A stretch of DNA of 45,232 nucleotides from an uncultured Clostridia bacterium (lineage in GTDB: Bacteria > Bacillota > Clostridia > TANB77 > CAG-508). The DNA is taken from positions 1 through 45,232 of the forward strand of contig CANQNU010000004.1 in NCBI GenBank assembly GCA_947625295.1, in the 5' to 3' direction. Below the pieces are notes generated by a model, which worked only from the letters and a program-made list of their open reading frames with translations, was not told the origin of the DNA and made no database searches. Of this stretch, positions 19,633 through 30,175 are shown piece after piece. A program made the position numbers and the translations under genes. Within the stretch, counting starts at the first letter, position 1. Every line of letters begins with the position of its first letter.

Positions 19633-20957
19633 TAAGCTGTTTCTTTGTGGTTTCCTTCTGGTACTTGCCTTTTCTTCTTTGTTGTCGTTTTATTTCGTTC
19701 TTTATTTACTTCATTTATAATTGTTTTTGGTCCTGCATTTTCTAATACTGTTTCTTTTGTTATTATACATTTTTCGATATTTGGATTTGATGGTATTTCA
19801 AACATAATATCTCTCATAATTTCTTCTATTATTGAACGTAATCCTCTCGCTCCTGTTTTTCTTTCAATTGCCTTATTTACAATTGCTTCTAACGCTTCTT
19901 CTTCAAATATTAGCTCTACATCGTCTATTTCAAATAACTTTTGATATTGTTTGATTAATGAGTTTTTAGGTTCTACTAGTATTTTTATTAGTGCTTCTTT
20001 ATCCAAATCTTTTAATGTTGCTACTATTGGCAATCTTCCTATAAATTCAGGAATTAGTCCAAATTTTAACAAATCTTGTGGTAATAATTCTTGGAATACT
20101 TCATATTGATTTATTTCCTTTTTACCTTTTACTTGAGCTCCGAAACCTATTAATTTTTCTCCTGTTCTGTCTTTTATGATATTTTCTAGTCCTTCAAATG
20201 CTCCTCCACAAATAATTAATATATTTTCTGTATTGATTTGAATTAATTCTTGATTTGGATGTTTTCTTCCTCCTTGTGGTGGTACAGATGCAATAGTTCC
20301 CTCTATGATTTTTAATAACGCTTGTTGTACACCCTCTCCACTTACGTCTCTTGTAATAGATGGATTTTCAGATTTTCTTGTTATTTTGTCAATTTCATCA
20401 ATATATATAATACCTTTTTCTGCTTTTTGTATATCTCCATCAGCAGCTTGAATTAGTTTTAGTAGAATATTCTCTACATCTTCTCCTACATATCCAGCTT
20501 CAGTTAGAGTTGTAGCATCGGCAATTGCAAATGGTACATTTAATATTTTTGCTAATGTTCTTGCAAGTAATGTTTTTCCACATCCTGTTGGACCTAATAA
20601 TAAAATATTACTTTTTTGAATTTCTACATCATCTTTTGACGCATTTTCTTCATGTGCAATTCTTTTATAATGATTATATACTGCAACTGATAATGTTTTT
20701 TTTGCTTCATCTTGACCTATTACATAATCATCTAATACTTTCTTTATTTCTTTAGGGCTTGGTACATTATTTAATTCATTTAATGTATATCCTGCTTTTT
20801 CTTCATCATATAATTCTGCTTCAATGATACTTGTACAAAGTTCTACACATTCGTCACATATATATACTCCTGGTCCAGCTACTATTTTTCTTACATTTTC
20901 TTGTGTTTTTCCACAAAAAGAACATCTTACACTTTTTGGTACTTCATTTTTAGCCAT
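19632..20957 (-). CDS. clpX: ATP-dependent Clp protease ATP-binding subunit ClpX
   Basis: Zn finger 'CSFCGK...ICDECVELC'; 'GPTGCGKT'; '[10 protein letters not shown]'; IGF loop. Likely start ATG 20957. Confidence 0.98.
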   Translation of the reverse strand: MAKNEVPKSVRCSFCGKTQENVRKIVAGPGVYICDECVELCTSIIEAELYDEEKAGYTLNELNNVPSPKEIKKVLDDYVIGQDEAKKTLSVAVYNHYKRIAHEENASKDDVEIQKSNILLLGPTGCGKTLLARTLAKILNVPFAIADATTLTEAGYVGEDVENILLKLIQAADGDIQKAEKGIIYIDEIDKITRKSENPSITRDVSGEGVQQALLKIIEGTIASVPPQGGRKHPNQELIQINTENILIICGGAFEGLENIIKDRTGEKLIGFGAQVKGKKEINQYEVFQELLPQDLLKFGLIPEFIGRLPIVATLKDLDKEALIKILVEPKNSLIKQYQKLFEIDDVELIFEEEALEAIVNKAIERKTGARGLRSIIEEIMRDIMFEIPSNPNIEKCIITKETVLENAGPKTIINEVNKERNKTTTKKKRQVPEGNHKETA

Positions 20958-21073
20958 AAATCTCTCCCTCTTTGATAGAAAACTAATTTTTACCATTTTT
21001 ATTGTATATTAAATATTTATATTTTATAATTAAAAACTTAATTGTGTTTTCTATCACTTTAAATATATTATAT

Positions 21074-21679
21074 TTATTTTCTTTTATCCATAATTCCATC
21101 AATTAGTCCATATTTTAGTGCTTCCTCTGCTGTCATGTAATTATCTCTTTCTGTATCTTTTTGAATTGTTTCGATTGATTGACCTGTTCTATCACTTAAA
21201 AATTTATTCAATTTTTCTCTTGTTTTTACTAAGTGGTCTGCATGAATTTTTACTTCTGTTGCTTGACCTGAAATTCCGCCACCACCAATTAATGGTTGAT
21301 GTATTAATATTTCTGCATTTGGTGTTGCAAATCTTTTTCCTTTTTCACCAGCTGCTAAAAGAGCTGCTCCCATACTTGCTGCCATTCCAATACAAATTGT
21401 TGATACAGGACATTTAATATAATTCATTGTATCTATAATTCCCATACCATCTGTAATAGATCCTCCTGGTGAATTAATGTATAAATTTATATCTTTATCT
21501 GGATCTTCTGATTCTAAAAATAATAACTGTGCAATTACTAAGCTTGATGTTGTTGGATTGACATCTTCTCCTAAAAATATAATTCTATCTTTTAATAATC
21601 TTGAGAATATATCATATGATCTTTCTCCTTTACTTGTTTGTTCAATTACATATGGTACTAAACTGTTTCTTTCTATCAT
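21074..21679 (-). CDS. clpP: Clp protease proteolytic subunit
   Basis: '[12 protein letters not shown]', 'INSPGGS', 'AASMG', 'IHQP'. Confidence 0.98.
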   Translation of the reverse strand: MIERNSLVPYVIEQTSKGERSYDIFSRLLKDRIIFLGEDVNPTTSSLVIAQLLFLESEDPDKDINLYINSPGGSITDGMGIIDTMNYIKCPVSTICIGMAASMGAALLAAGEKGKRFATPNAEILIHQPLIGGGGISGQATEVKIHADHLVKTREKLNKFLSDRTGQSIETIQKDTERDNYMTAEEALKYGLIDGIMDKRK

Positions 21680-21764
21680 AACTTTCCTCCTATAATATCT
21701 TTGTATTAATTTAAAATCTATTTTATTATATACTAAATTATTAAATAATGAAATAGAATTTTAA

Positions 21765-21804
21765 AAAAAGTTGAGATATTTTTCATTTGATACCTCAACT
21801 TTTT
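21765..21804 (-). terminator. tig terminator
   Basis: AAAAAGTTGAG/CTCAACTTTTT. Confidence 0.55.
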
Positions 21805-21820
21805 TCTATGTAAATTTTTC

Positions 21821-23107
21821 TTATTTTATTTTTGCGTTTTCTACTAAGAAATCAATAGCTTTTTCTAATTCAATTCCTTGTTTAATGTAATTATTTACAC
21901 TTTCATTTTTAAGAAATTCTTCGTCATTTTCTTTTCCATAGCTTTTAGCCATTTCTTTCATTTTTTCTTTTAATTCTTTATCTGTTGCTTCTATTTTTTC
22001 AGCTTTTATAACTGCTTCTAATGCTAATCTTGATTTAATTGCTTTTATTGCTTGAGGTTCGTATTCTTTTCTCATATCTTCATTTGTTTTGCCCATCATT
22101 TGAAGATATTGTTCTAATTTAAGTCCTTGATATGATAATCTTTGTTCTATATCTTTTATCATATTATCAATTTCCATTTCAATCATTCCTGATGGAATAT
22201 TTACTTTTATATTTTCACATAAAGCATCAATTACTGCATCTTGCGTTTCATATTTTGCTTTTTCTTCGTTTTGTTTTTGTTTTTTGTTTTTAATATCTTC
22301 TTTTAATTCTTTTAATGTATCAAATTCACTAACATCTTTTGCAAATTCATCATCTAGTTTTGGTAATTCTTTTTTCTTGATTTCATGAACTTTTACTTTG
22401 AAAGTTGCATCTTTTCCAGCTAAATCTTTTGAGAAATATTCATCTGGGAATTTTACATTGATATCTTTTTCTTCGTCGATTTTCATTCCAATTACTTGAT
22501 CTTCAAATCCTGGTATAAATGTATTACTTCCTATTTCTAAGTCATGTCCTTCTGCTTTTCCACCTTCAAAGGCTTTCCCATCAACAAATCCTTCAAAATC
22601 GATTGTTGCAATATCACCTTTTTCTACTGGTCTATTTTCTATTGTTACTAATCTTGAATTATGTTCTTGCATATGTTCTAATTCATGGTTTATATCTTCA
22701 TCTGTTACATTATACTCAACTTTTTTAATTTCTATACCTTTGTATTTTCCTAATTCTGCTTCTGGTTTCGTTTGGATTACTGCTGTGAATATTAATTCTT
22801 TTCCTTTTTCAATTTGTTTTACTTCAATATCTGGTCTACTTACTGCTTCTAATTTATTTTCTTCAACAGCTTCATCTAAAGCTTCACCTGCTATTTCGTT
22901 AAATGCATCTTCATAAAATATTTCTTTTCCATAGTATTTTTCTACAATATTCATAGGTGCTTTACCTTTTCTAAATCCTGGTATATTGAAATATTTAGCA
23001 CTTTTAAAATATACTTTTTTTATTGCTTCATCAAATTTTTCAGCTTCAACTGTGATTTCCAATTTAACTTCATTTTCATTTTTTGTTTTTTCTACTTTAC
23101 AATTCAT
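21821..23107 (-). CDS. tig: Trigger factor
   Basis: 'PGFRKGKAP'; FKBP 'IDFEG...FEGG', 'FIPGFE'; tig-clpP-clpX order. Confidence 0.97.
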   Translation of the reverse strand: MNCKVEKTKNENEVKLEITVEAEKFDEAIKKVYFKSAKYFNIPGFRKGKAPMNIVEKYYGKEIFYEDAFNEIAGEALDEAVEENKLEAVSRPDIEVKQIEKGKELIFTAVIQTKPEAELGKYKGIEIKKVEYNVTDEDINHELEHMQEHNSRLVTIENRPVEKGDIATIDFEGFVDGKAFEGGKAEGHDLEIGSNTFIPGFEDQVIGMKIDEEKDINVKFPDEYFSKDLAGKDATFKVKVHEIKKKELPKLDDEFAKDVSEFDTLKELKEDIKNKKQKQNEEKAKYETQDAVIDALCENIKVNIPSGMIEMEIDNMIKDIEQRLSYQGLKLEQYLQMMGKTNEDMRKEYEPQAIKAIKSRLALEAVIKAEKIEATDKELKEKMKEMAKSYGKENDEEFLKNESVNNYIKQGIELEKAIDFLVENAKIK

Positions 23108-23278
23108 TTTTTTCAATCCTTTCATTATTAATCATAAGCTTATATATTATACCACATTTTTCTTATTTTGCAAGGAATTTTTTATATTTTTAAAAAAATA
23201 CTTGTTTTTTTTTCTTATTTGTGATAAACTTATAAACAGTCAATTTATTTTAAGATATTTAGGAGGTGCAATTTAGAT

Positions 23279-23476
23279 ATGGCAAAATGCGAAATTTGTG
23301 AAAAAACAGCTAGTCATGGAAATAAACTTAGTATAACTCGTTCTCATATAAGTAAAAGATCTCCACGTACTTGGAAACCAAACTTAAGAACTGTAAAAGC
23401 TGAAATAGATGGTGAAGTTAAAAAAATCCATGTATGTGCTAAATGTTTAAAAAACGGAAAAGTAAAAAGAGCCTAG
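23279..23476 (+). CDS. rpmB: 50S ribosomal protein L28 (Zn-ribbon type)
   Basis: 'CEICEK', 'RTWKPNL', 'VCAKCLK'. Confidence 0.95.
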   Translation: MAKCEICEKTASHGNKLSITRSHISKRSPRTWKPNLRTVKAEIDGEVKKIHVCAKCLKNGKVKRA

Positions 23477-23487
23477 AAGCTCTTTTT
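23464..23487 (+). terminator. rpmB terminator
   Basis: AAAAAGAGC/GCTCTTTTT with T tail. Confidence 0.65.
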
Positions 23488-23508
23488 TTGTTGGTTAATT
23501 GGTTAATT

Positions 23509-23583
23509 TTATTCTTTTATTCCAAATATTAATTTTACAAATCCCCTTAAAAATTTGGGAACTTTTTTTACTACAACTGTCAT
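23509..23583 (-). CDS. spoVM: Stage V sporulation protein M (24 aa; not in ORF track)
   Basis: AAAGGAGG RBS; MTVVVKKVPKFLRGFVKLIFGIKE resembles SpoVM (PKFL amphipathic helix); convergent with rpmB as in Bacillus. Confidence 0.85.
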   Translation of the reverse strand: MTVVVKKVPKFLRGFVKLIFGIKE

Positions 23584-23602
23584 ATGTATCCCTCCTTTTT
23601 TG

Positions 23603-23752
23603 TTAACATGCAAGCCACATAAAACCTACACAAACTATCGTTACTCCAATTAAAAATAACCATCCTGTTATGGGAAGTAATAATACTAATAGAATTCCTA
23701 GTCCCAAACCTATTAAGCATACTGCTAATGTTTTTTTAAACAAATGTATCAT
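23603..23752 (-). CDS. 49-aa two-TM small protein upstream of spoVM (not in ORF track)
   Basis: GGGAGGT RBS; MIHLFKKTLAVCLIGLGLGILLVLLLPITGWLFLIGVTIVCVGFMWLAC. Confidence 0.75.
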   Translation of the reverse strand: MIHLFKKTLAVCLIGLGLGILLVLLLPITGWLFLIGVTIVCVGFMWLAC

Positions 23753-23913
23753 TTTTTACCTCCCCTTTTTGCTTTTTGTATATTATATTATTATTTTTAT
23801 TTATTGGTTCCTTTTATGTAAAACATTATTGCTGTTTTAATTTATAAAGCCATTTTTATTGCAAATTTTATAAACAAAGTATAAAATAGAATTTGAAAGG
23901 ATTGATACTAAAA

Positions 23914-24549
23914 ATGAATGAAAAAAATATCGTTGAATTAATCGAAAATTTAAAAAAATCTTATCCAGATGCCACTTGTAGTTTAGACTTTGAAACACCA
24001 TTTCAATTAGTAGTTGCAGTAATGCTTTCTGCTCAATGTACAGATGAAAGAGTAAATAAAACAACACCAAAGCTATTCGAGCGTTGTAAAACTATTCAAG
24101 ATTTTGCAAATATTAATATTAATGAATTAGAACAGCTTATCCACCCTTGCGGTTTTTACAAAAATAAAGCCAAAAATATTAAATTATGTGCAAAACAAGT
24201 TTTAGAAAATTTTAATGGTGAAGTTCCCCACTCTATGGAAGAATTAATGACTCTTGCTGGAATTGGTAGAAAAAGTGCAAATGTCATTATGTTAGAAGTA
24301 TTTAAAGATCCTCAAGGTATTGCAGTAGATACTCATGCTAAAAGAATTTCAAACTTAGTAGGTTTATCAAACCATAAAGAACCTGAAAAAATTGAGCAAG
24401 ATTTATTAAAAATTTTACCAAAAGAATATTTTAAAGATGTAAATCATCTTTTAGTTTGGCATGGAAGGAATACTTGTATAGCAAGAAAGCCAAAATGCAA
24501 TATTTGTTCAATAAAGCAATATTGTAATCATTATTCAAATAATAACTAG
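23914..24549 (+). CDS. nth: Endonuclease III
   Basis: 'LSAQCTDERVN', HhH 'LAGIGRKSAN', 'AVDTH', 4Fe-4S 'CIARKPKCNICSIKQYC'. Confidence 0.96.
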   Translation: MNEKNIVELIENLKKSYPDATCSLDFETPFQLVVAVMLSAQCTDERVNKTTPKLFERCKTIQDFANININELEQLIHPCGFYKNKAKNIKLCAKQVLENFNGEVPHSMEELMTLAGIGRKSANVIMLEVFKDPQGIAVDTHAKRISNLVGLSNHKEPEKIEQDLLKILPKEYFKDVNHLLVWHGRNTCIARKPKCNICSIKQYCNHYSNNN

Positions 24550-24606
24550 TCATATTTTATTTAATTATATATAACTTTTTATTATTAATTATAATTATTT
24601 ATAATG

Positions 24607-24655
24607 AACAAGAATATAGTAATCTAAGTTATTAATCATTAACTATATTCTTGTT
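24607..24655 (+). terminator. Inverted repeat after nth
   Basis: AACAAGAATATAGT/ACTATATTCTTGTT with T tail. Confidence 0.55.
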
Positions 24656-24710
24656 TTTAATTGTATATTTTACTTATTTTTGAACATATTATTCTTGAGA
24701 GGTGATATCT

Positions 24711-24845
24711 TTGACCAATATAAATTGTTCTTTAAATTGCATTCATCAAAAAGACGGAAAATGTTCATATAATTCTGTTTCTCCAACCACACTTTCTTCT
24801 TCTGAATGTGCATATTTTGTCGATAAAAACAACACAAATTCATAA
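24711..24845 (+). CDS. 44-aa Cys-rich small protein (not in ORF track)
   Basis: GAGGTGA RBS and TTG start; MTNINCSLNCIHQKDGKCSYNSVSPTTLSSSECAYFVDKNNTNS. Confidence 0.65.
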   Translation: MTNINCSLNCIHQKDGKCSYNSVSPTTLSSSECAYFVDKNNTNS

Positions 24846-24935
24846 TAATTTTTATTATTCATTTTTCAAAATTGAATTGACAAATTTCTCCTAAAAGTAT
24901 ATATTTTAACATATAAATATTTAGGAGGTATTAAA

Positions 24936-26243
24936 ATGTTAAAAAACAAATTTAAAATTATCACATTATTTTTTGCAATTTTATTAGCAATCTCAATTCC
25001 AGTTGTTAGAGCTGAAAATGAAACAAATTCTTCTGATGTTATAAACAACAATGTAATTGATGATCCTGAAGCAGATGATAATCAACCCGCAGCTACAATA
25101 GATTCAGCCAATAATGCAAGTACTGAAAACTCAAATAACCAATCATCTGATGTTGAAAATACTACTTCTACTACAGAAGATAGCGAAAATCATTCTTCTG
25201 AAGAAGCATCATCAGAAGATAGTTTTAAAAAAAGCGATATATATCTTACAGGAGATAATATCACTATTGATTACATAATAGATGGAAACTTATTTGTACT
25301 AGCTAATAATGTTACAATCAACTCACAAATAGGCGGAGATGCTTTTATTATGGCAGATTCAATCACAATTGGAGAACAAGGATATGTATTTAGTAATTTA
25401 TTTGCTATGACAGATAATTTAGATATTAAAGGTGTTGTATATGATGTATATGCCGTATCTCAAAAAACTAATATAACAGGATACATATATAGAGATATAA
25501 GAATAAGTTCTTCTGATTTATCTATTTTGGGTGTTGTTGGAAGAAATGCATTTGTTAATTGTTCTAATCTTACATTTGCGCAAGAAAATACATCTGAAAA
25601 TGATGAAACAACAACTAATTCAAAGGGTTCTATCAATGGTAATTTAAATTATAGTGCGTCTGAAGAAATCTCAATTCCAGATGGTGTTGTTTCTGGAGAA
25701 ACTAATTATACAAAAACAAATACATCTACTAATTCATTTAATTTACAAGATGCACTTATTTCACTTGTAACAATGATTGCAACTGTAGTTATAATTTGGT
25801 TTGTATGTTTATGGCTAGCACCTAAATTCTTAGATAATGCAACACAACTAATTACTAAAAAAATACTACCTGTTATAGGTTTTGGAATTTTAACACCAAT
25901 AGTTGTTACTATAGTTTCTGTAATCGCATTTATTATAGGAATTACTGCAAAGATTGGATTATTAGCACTTATAATGCTGTTCCTATTGATACTAATTGGT
26001 TCTCCAATTTTTGTTATAACAATTAATAATGTTATTTGCAATAAACTAAAAATAGATAAAAAAGCTAAGATTTTTGGAATGTTAATTGTATCTTCTATTT
26101 TATTATGGTTAATTGAATTAATTCCTTATGTTGGTTCTATAATAGGATTTATAGTAGGAATTATAGGATTAGGAATTGTTACTATTAGCTTATTTAAGAG
26201 AAATAAAATTAAAGAAACAAATAAAAGTGAAGATACAAAATAA
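24936..26243 (+). CDS. Membrane protein with signal peptide, beta-helix (bactofilin-like) repeats and C-terminal TM bundle
   Basis: Repeats such as 'IDGNLFVLANNVTIN', 'IGGDAFIMADSITI'; C-terminal 'IPYVG...GLG' TM region. Confidence 0.75.
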   Translation: MLKNKFKIITLFFAILLAISIPVVRAENETNSSDVINNNVIDDPEADDNQPAATIDSANNASTENSNNQSSDVENTTSTTEDSENHSSEEASSEDSFKKSDIYLTGDNITIDYIIDGNLFVLANNVTINSQIGGDAFIMADSITIGEQGYVFSNLFAMTDNLDIKGVVYDVYAVSQKTNITGYIYRDIRISSSDLSILGVVGRNAFVNCSNLTFAQENTSENDETTTNSKGSINGNLNYSASEEISIPDGVVSGETNYTKTNTSTNSFNLQDALISLVTMIATVVIIWFVCLWLAPKFLDNATQLITKKILPVIGFGILTPIVVTIVSVIAFIIGITAKIGLLALIMLFLLILIGSPIFVITINNVICNKLKIDKKAKIFGMLIVSSILLWLIELIPYVGSIIGFIVGIIGLGIVTISLFKRNKIKETNKSEDTK

Positions 26244-26378
26244 ATATTTTACTTAAATTCTTTATAGATTATATTAGAATTTTTAAAATATATAATAAAA
26301 TTTTAATATTTTTTGATACAAAAAGTGAGTATGAAATTTACAATTTTTTAAATTTTATACTCACTACTTTTTTCTTAT

Positions 26379-27041
26379 TTATTCAATTTTTAATTCATCT
26401 ATAATTGTCTTATAATCTTTTGCTAATAAAATTGCTGTTCCTGAAACTAAAACATTTGCACCTGCTTTTTTTATTATTGGAGCAGTTTTTAAATTTATTC
26501 CACCATCTGCTTCAATATCTATTTCAATTTTATTTTCTTCAGCATATTTTTTTAGTTTTTCAATCTTATTTACCATTTCTGTAAGTAAAGTTTGTCCTCC
26601 TTTTCCTGGTTCAACTGTCATTATTAAACACATATGAATATATGGTAAAAATTCATAAATATCTTCTATTTTAGTATCTGGCTTTACTGATAATCCAACT
26701 CTACAATTATTTTCTTTAATATAATTAATTATTTCATATACTTCTTCTCTGTTTTTACATGCTTCATAATGAAATGTAATAATGTTAGGTTCTACTGCTA
26801 TAAAGTCTTTAATTGCTTTTTTAACATCTTTTACCATTAGGTGTACATCTAGTGGTAAATTAGAAATTCTTCTTATATATGATGAATATTCTAACATTTT
26901 TTGATAAGTATCTTTCTCTACAAATTTACCATCCATTACATCAATATGAAAATAGTCAGTCTTAGCATTTTCTAATGCAAAAAATGTTTTTGATTCTTCT
27001 CCTTTTTTTACAGAAAGAATAGATGTTGAAACTTCTACCAT
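26379..27041 (-). CDS. rpe: Ribulose-phosphate 3-epimerase
   Basis: 'HIDVMDGKFV', 'DVHLMV', 'MTVEPG', 'DGGIN'. Confidence 0.96.
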   Translation of the reverse strand: MVEVSTSILSVKKGEESKTFFALENAKTDYFHIDVMDGKFVEKDTYQKMLEYSSYIRRISNLPLDVHLMVKDVKKAIKDFIAVEPNIITFHYEACKNREEVYEIINYIKENNCRVGLSVKPDTKIEDIYEFLPYIHMCLIMTVEPGKGGQTLLTEMVNKIEKLKKYAEENKIEIDIEADGGINLKTAPIIKKAGANVLVSGTAILLAKDYKTIIDELKIE

Positions 27042-27919
27042 TTCTTATATTCCTCCCTTTCTTTTAGTTCTTGATATATTTTACAAAATCTTTCATATCT
27101 TAATTTTTCTATTTTACCATCATCTATTGCTTTTTTTATTCCACAATTTTTTTCTTTTATATGAGTGCAACCTACAAATTCACATTGTGATATATGCTCT
27201 TTAAATTCTTTAAAATATTTTGCTAATTCATTGCTTTGTATCTCTGAAATGTCAAAAGTAGAAAAACCTGGCGTATCTGCTATGTATGTATTATTTGCTA
27301 TTTTATATAATTTTATTGCTGTTGTTGTATTTTTTCCACGTTTATTTTTTTTGCTAATTTCTCCTTCTTTTGTAATATCTTCTTCAAATATCGCATTTAT
27401 TAAAGTTGACTTCCCTACACCTGAATTTCCTGAAAAAGCATTCATATTATTTTTTAGTTCTTTTTTTAATATATCAATGCCTTTTCTATTTTTCGCTTCT
27501 GTCTCTATTACTGTATATCCTATTTTTTGGTATGTATTCTTTATTTGCTTAAATTGCTTGTCTTTATCTAAATCCGTCTTATTTAAAACAATTAATGATT
27601 TGATACCTAAAAATTCTGCAAATGCTAATTGTTTATCTAACATTAATAAATCTGGTTTTGGATTTTTACTGGATATAACAAATATAATTTGTGTAATGTT
27701 AGAAAGTTTTGGTCTTTTTATATATACCTTTCTTGGCTCAATTTCATTAATTACTGCCTTAGCATTTTCTTCATCTGTTATTTCTATTTCTACAATATCT
27801 CCAACAACTGGTGATATTTCTTCTTTTTTAAATTTTCCTCTTGCTGTCGCTTCATATATTTTTTTATTTGATTCTATATAATATAAATTTGAAATATTTG
27901 CTACAATTAGTCCTTGCAT
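27035..27919 (-). CDS. rsgA: Ribosome small subunit-dependent GTPase A
   Basis: 'NKTDL', 'GNSGVGKST', 'DTPGF', C-x4-C-x-H-x5-C zinc finger. Confidence 0.96.
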   Translation of the reverse strand: MQGLIVANISNLYYIESNKKIYEATARGKFKKEEISPVVGDIVEIEITDEENAKAVINEIEPRKVYIKRPKLSNITQIIFVISSKNPKPDLLMLDKQLAFAEFLGIKSLIVLNKTDLDKDKQFKQIKNTYQKIGYTVIETEAKNRKGIDILKKELKNNMNAFSGNSGVGKSTLINAIFEEDITKEGEISKKNKRGKNTTTAIKLYKIANNTYIADTPGFSTFDISEIQSNELAKYFKEFKEHISQCEFVGCTHIKEKNCGIKKAIDDGKIEKLRYERFCKIYQELKEREEYKKW

Positions 27920-28027
27920 AACTCCTCCCATTTCATTTTATAATTACAATTTACAACTCATTTGAAAAAACTTTTGAATAATCAACTATATTATTAATAA
28001 AAATATCATTATTAATAATATTTTTTA

Positions 28028-28053
28028 GGGAACGAATTAATTTTTTCGTTCCC
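28028..28053. terminator. Hairpin after prkC
   Basis: GGGAACGAA/TTCGTTCCC. Confidence 0.55.
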
Positions 28054-28126
28054 CTTATTATTTTTGGTAATATATGTTTTAATATAACGCTATAGATTTA
28101 CAATTATAGTAATTAATTCTTAGTTA

Positions 28127-30136
28127 TTATTTAACAGTCTTTGAATTTTCTGTATTAAAGTTTAATGATAATTGTCTAACCCAGTTTCCTCCGTTTGAGT
28201 CTGTTAAAGTTACAGTTAAATCCATTGACCCTTTTCCACTTATTGAAGCTGTTTTTGTTGTATTTTTATCTACTCCTGAATCAGACCATAATGTTGTATC
28301 ACCTGATTTAATTGTGATATTTACAGTTTTGGCTGTTGTTGAAGTAGTACTTGATGATGTCGCACTATTATCTGTTGAATTTTCTGTTGAGCTTTTTTCT
28401 GCTTCATATCCTCCTGTAATTGACTTTACATCAATTGATATAGTCGCTGTCTTATTTTCAGCTATTTTATTAACTGTTACTGTTACTGTTGTTCCTTCAT
28501 CAATCTCTTTTCCTGATTCTATACTTTGTTTTAATACTGTTCCATTATCTTTTGATGTATTCTCTTCATATGTAATATTAACTTTTAATCCTAAATCTTC
28601 TAATGTCTTCTTTGCATTTGCTTCTGTTTGACCTATAATGCTTACCATTGTTACTTGCTTAATTCCTGTTCCTGTACTTACATGAATTTTTATAGTATCT
28701 CCAGCAAAGGCTTCTGTATCTGGGTCTATTTCTTGGCTAACTACCATTCCTTCTTCTACTGTTTTACTTGTTTCTTCTATCACTTCTGCTTTTAAGTTTG
28801 CTTCTTCTATTAATTTAATTGCTTCTTCTTTTTCTTTTCCTTTTACATTTGGCACTGTTGTTTTTTCTTGTCCTTTACTAATAACAACTTTAACTGTGCT
28901 TCCTTGTTTTACTTTATTGTAATTTTCAATATATGAAGGATCTTGTGATATAACAAATCCTTCTGGAACATCTTTGTTATATTCTTCTTTATCTACTTCA
29001 AATTTTAGTTTTACATCTTCTATTTCTTTTTGTGCTTCTTCTTTTGATAGTCCTACTACATTTGGCATAGATACCTCTGGTGGATTTGTAGCATTTAATG
29101 CTAACATTGTTCCAGATAAACTTAATACAAATAATAACATTAAACCTATCACACTACTTAATACTTTATGATTTTTTATGAATGTTTTAAATTTTCCTTC
29201 TTTTTTTGAATTTTTTTGTTTGCTTCTATTTTCATCTCCATACATTCTTGTATCTATTTTTTGTGTAAGTGCTGTTGGGTCATATTCTTCTTCTACAAAA
29301 TCTCCATTTGGATTTTTAAGTGCTCTTTTTAAATCAATTAGCATTTCTGTTGCTGATTGGTATCTCATACTGCTTTCTTTTTGCAGAGCTTTCATAATAA
29401 TTTGATTAACAGCATATGGAACTTTTGGGTTTATTTCTGATGGTTCTTCTGGATCTTCTTGCATATGTTTTAAAGCTACTGATACTGGTGTATCTGCATC
29501 AAATGGTACTTTTCCTGTTACCATTTCATATAAAACAACTCCTAAAGAATATATATCAGATTTCGCATCTGTAAATCCTCCTCTTGCATGTTCTGGTGAA
29601 AAATAGTGAACAGATCCAATTGTTGTTCCAAACGCTGTAATAGTAGAGTTCGATACTGCCTTTGCAATTCCAAAGTCTGTTACTTTTGCTACACCATCTT
29701 CTGTAATTATTATATTGTGTGGTTTTATATCTCTATGTACAATATTATTTCTATGTGCCATTTCTAAAGCAGATGCAATTTGTATTGCTACATTAACAGA
29801 CCATTTCCATGGTAATGGTCCATGTTCTTCTAATATAATTTCTTTTAATGTTTTCCCTTGAATTAATTCCATTACAATATAATATAAATTTCCTTCTACT
29901 CCAACATCATAGATTGAAACTATATTTGAATGAGTTAATCTTGCTGCAGATTGAGCTTCACCCTCAAATCTTTTAATAAATTCTTCATCTGTCGTAAATT
30001 CATCTCTTAATATTTTTACTGCAACATTTCTTTTTAACATCCTATCTTCTGCTTTATATACTGTGGCCATCCCGCCATTTCCTATATTTTTGATAATTTC
30101 ATATCGGTTTCCTAATAATTTACCTTCTATATTCAT
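28127..30136 (-). CDS. prkC: PASTA-domain Ser/Thr kinase (PrkC/PknB/Stk1)
   Basis: 'GNGGMATVY', 'HRDIKPHN', 'DFGIA'; TM helix; three PASTA repeats. Confidence 0.96.
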   Translation of the reverse strand: MNIEGKLLGNRYEIIKNIGNGGMATVYKAEDRMLKRNVAVKILRDEFTTDEEFIKRFEGEAQSAARLTHSNIVSIYDVGVEGNLYYIVMELIQGKTLKEIILEEHGPLPWKWSVNVAIQIASALEMAHRNNIVHRDIKPHNIIITEDGVAKVTDFGIAKAVSNSTITAFGTTIGSVHYFSPEHARGGFTDAKSDIYSLGVVLYEMVTGKVPFDADTPVSVALKHMQEDPEEPSEINPKVPYAVNQIIMKALQKESSMRYQSATEMLIDLKRALKNPNGDFVEEEYDPTALTQKIDTRMYGDENRSKQKNSKKEGKFKTFIKNHKVLSSVIGLMLLFVLSLSGTMLALNATNPPEVSMPNVVGLSKEEAQKEIEDVKLKFEVDKEEYNKDVPEGFVISQDPSYIENYNKVKQGSTVKVVISKGQEKTTVPNVKGKEKEEAIKLIEEANLKAEVIEETSKTVEEGMVVSQEIDPDTEAFAGDTIKIHVSTGTGIKQVTMVSIIGQTEANAKKTLEDLGLKVNITYEENTSKDNGTVLKQSIESGKEIDEGTTVTVTVNKIAENKTATISIDVKSITGGYEAEKSSTENSTDNSATSSSTTSTTAKTVNITIKSGDTTLWSDSGVDKNTTKTASISGKGSMDLTVTLTDSNGGNWVRQLSLNFNTENSKTVK

Positions 30137-30175
30137 ATTTATCTCCCCTTAATATGCGCGTTTATACGTAGATTG

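Noticed and set aside
27165-27881. Long antisense ORFs opposite rsgA, clpC, clpX, tig, prkC and others
   Set aside because: They fully overlap well-supported genes, lack RBSs, and have the F/S/I-rich composition of reverse-strand shadows.
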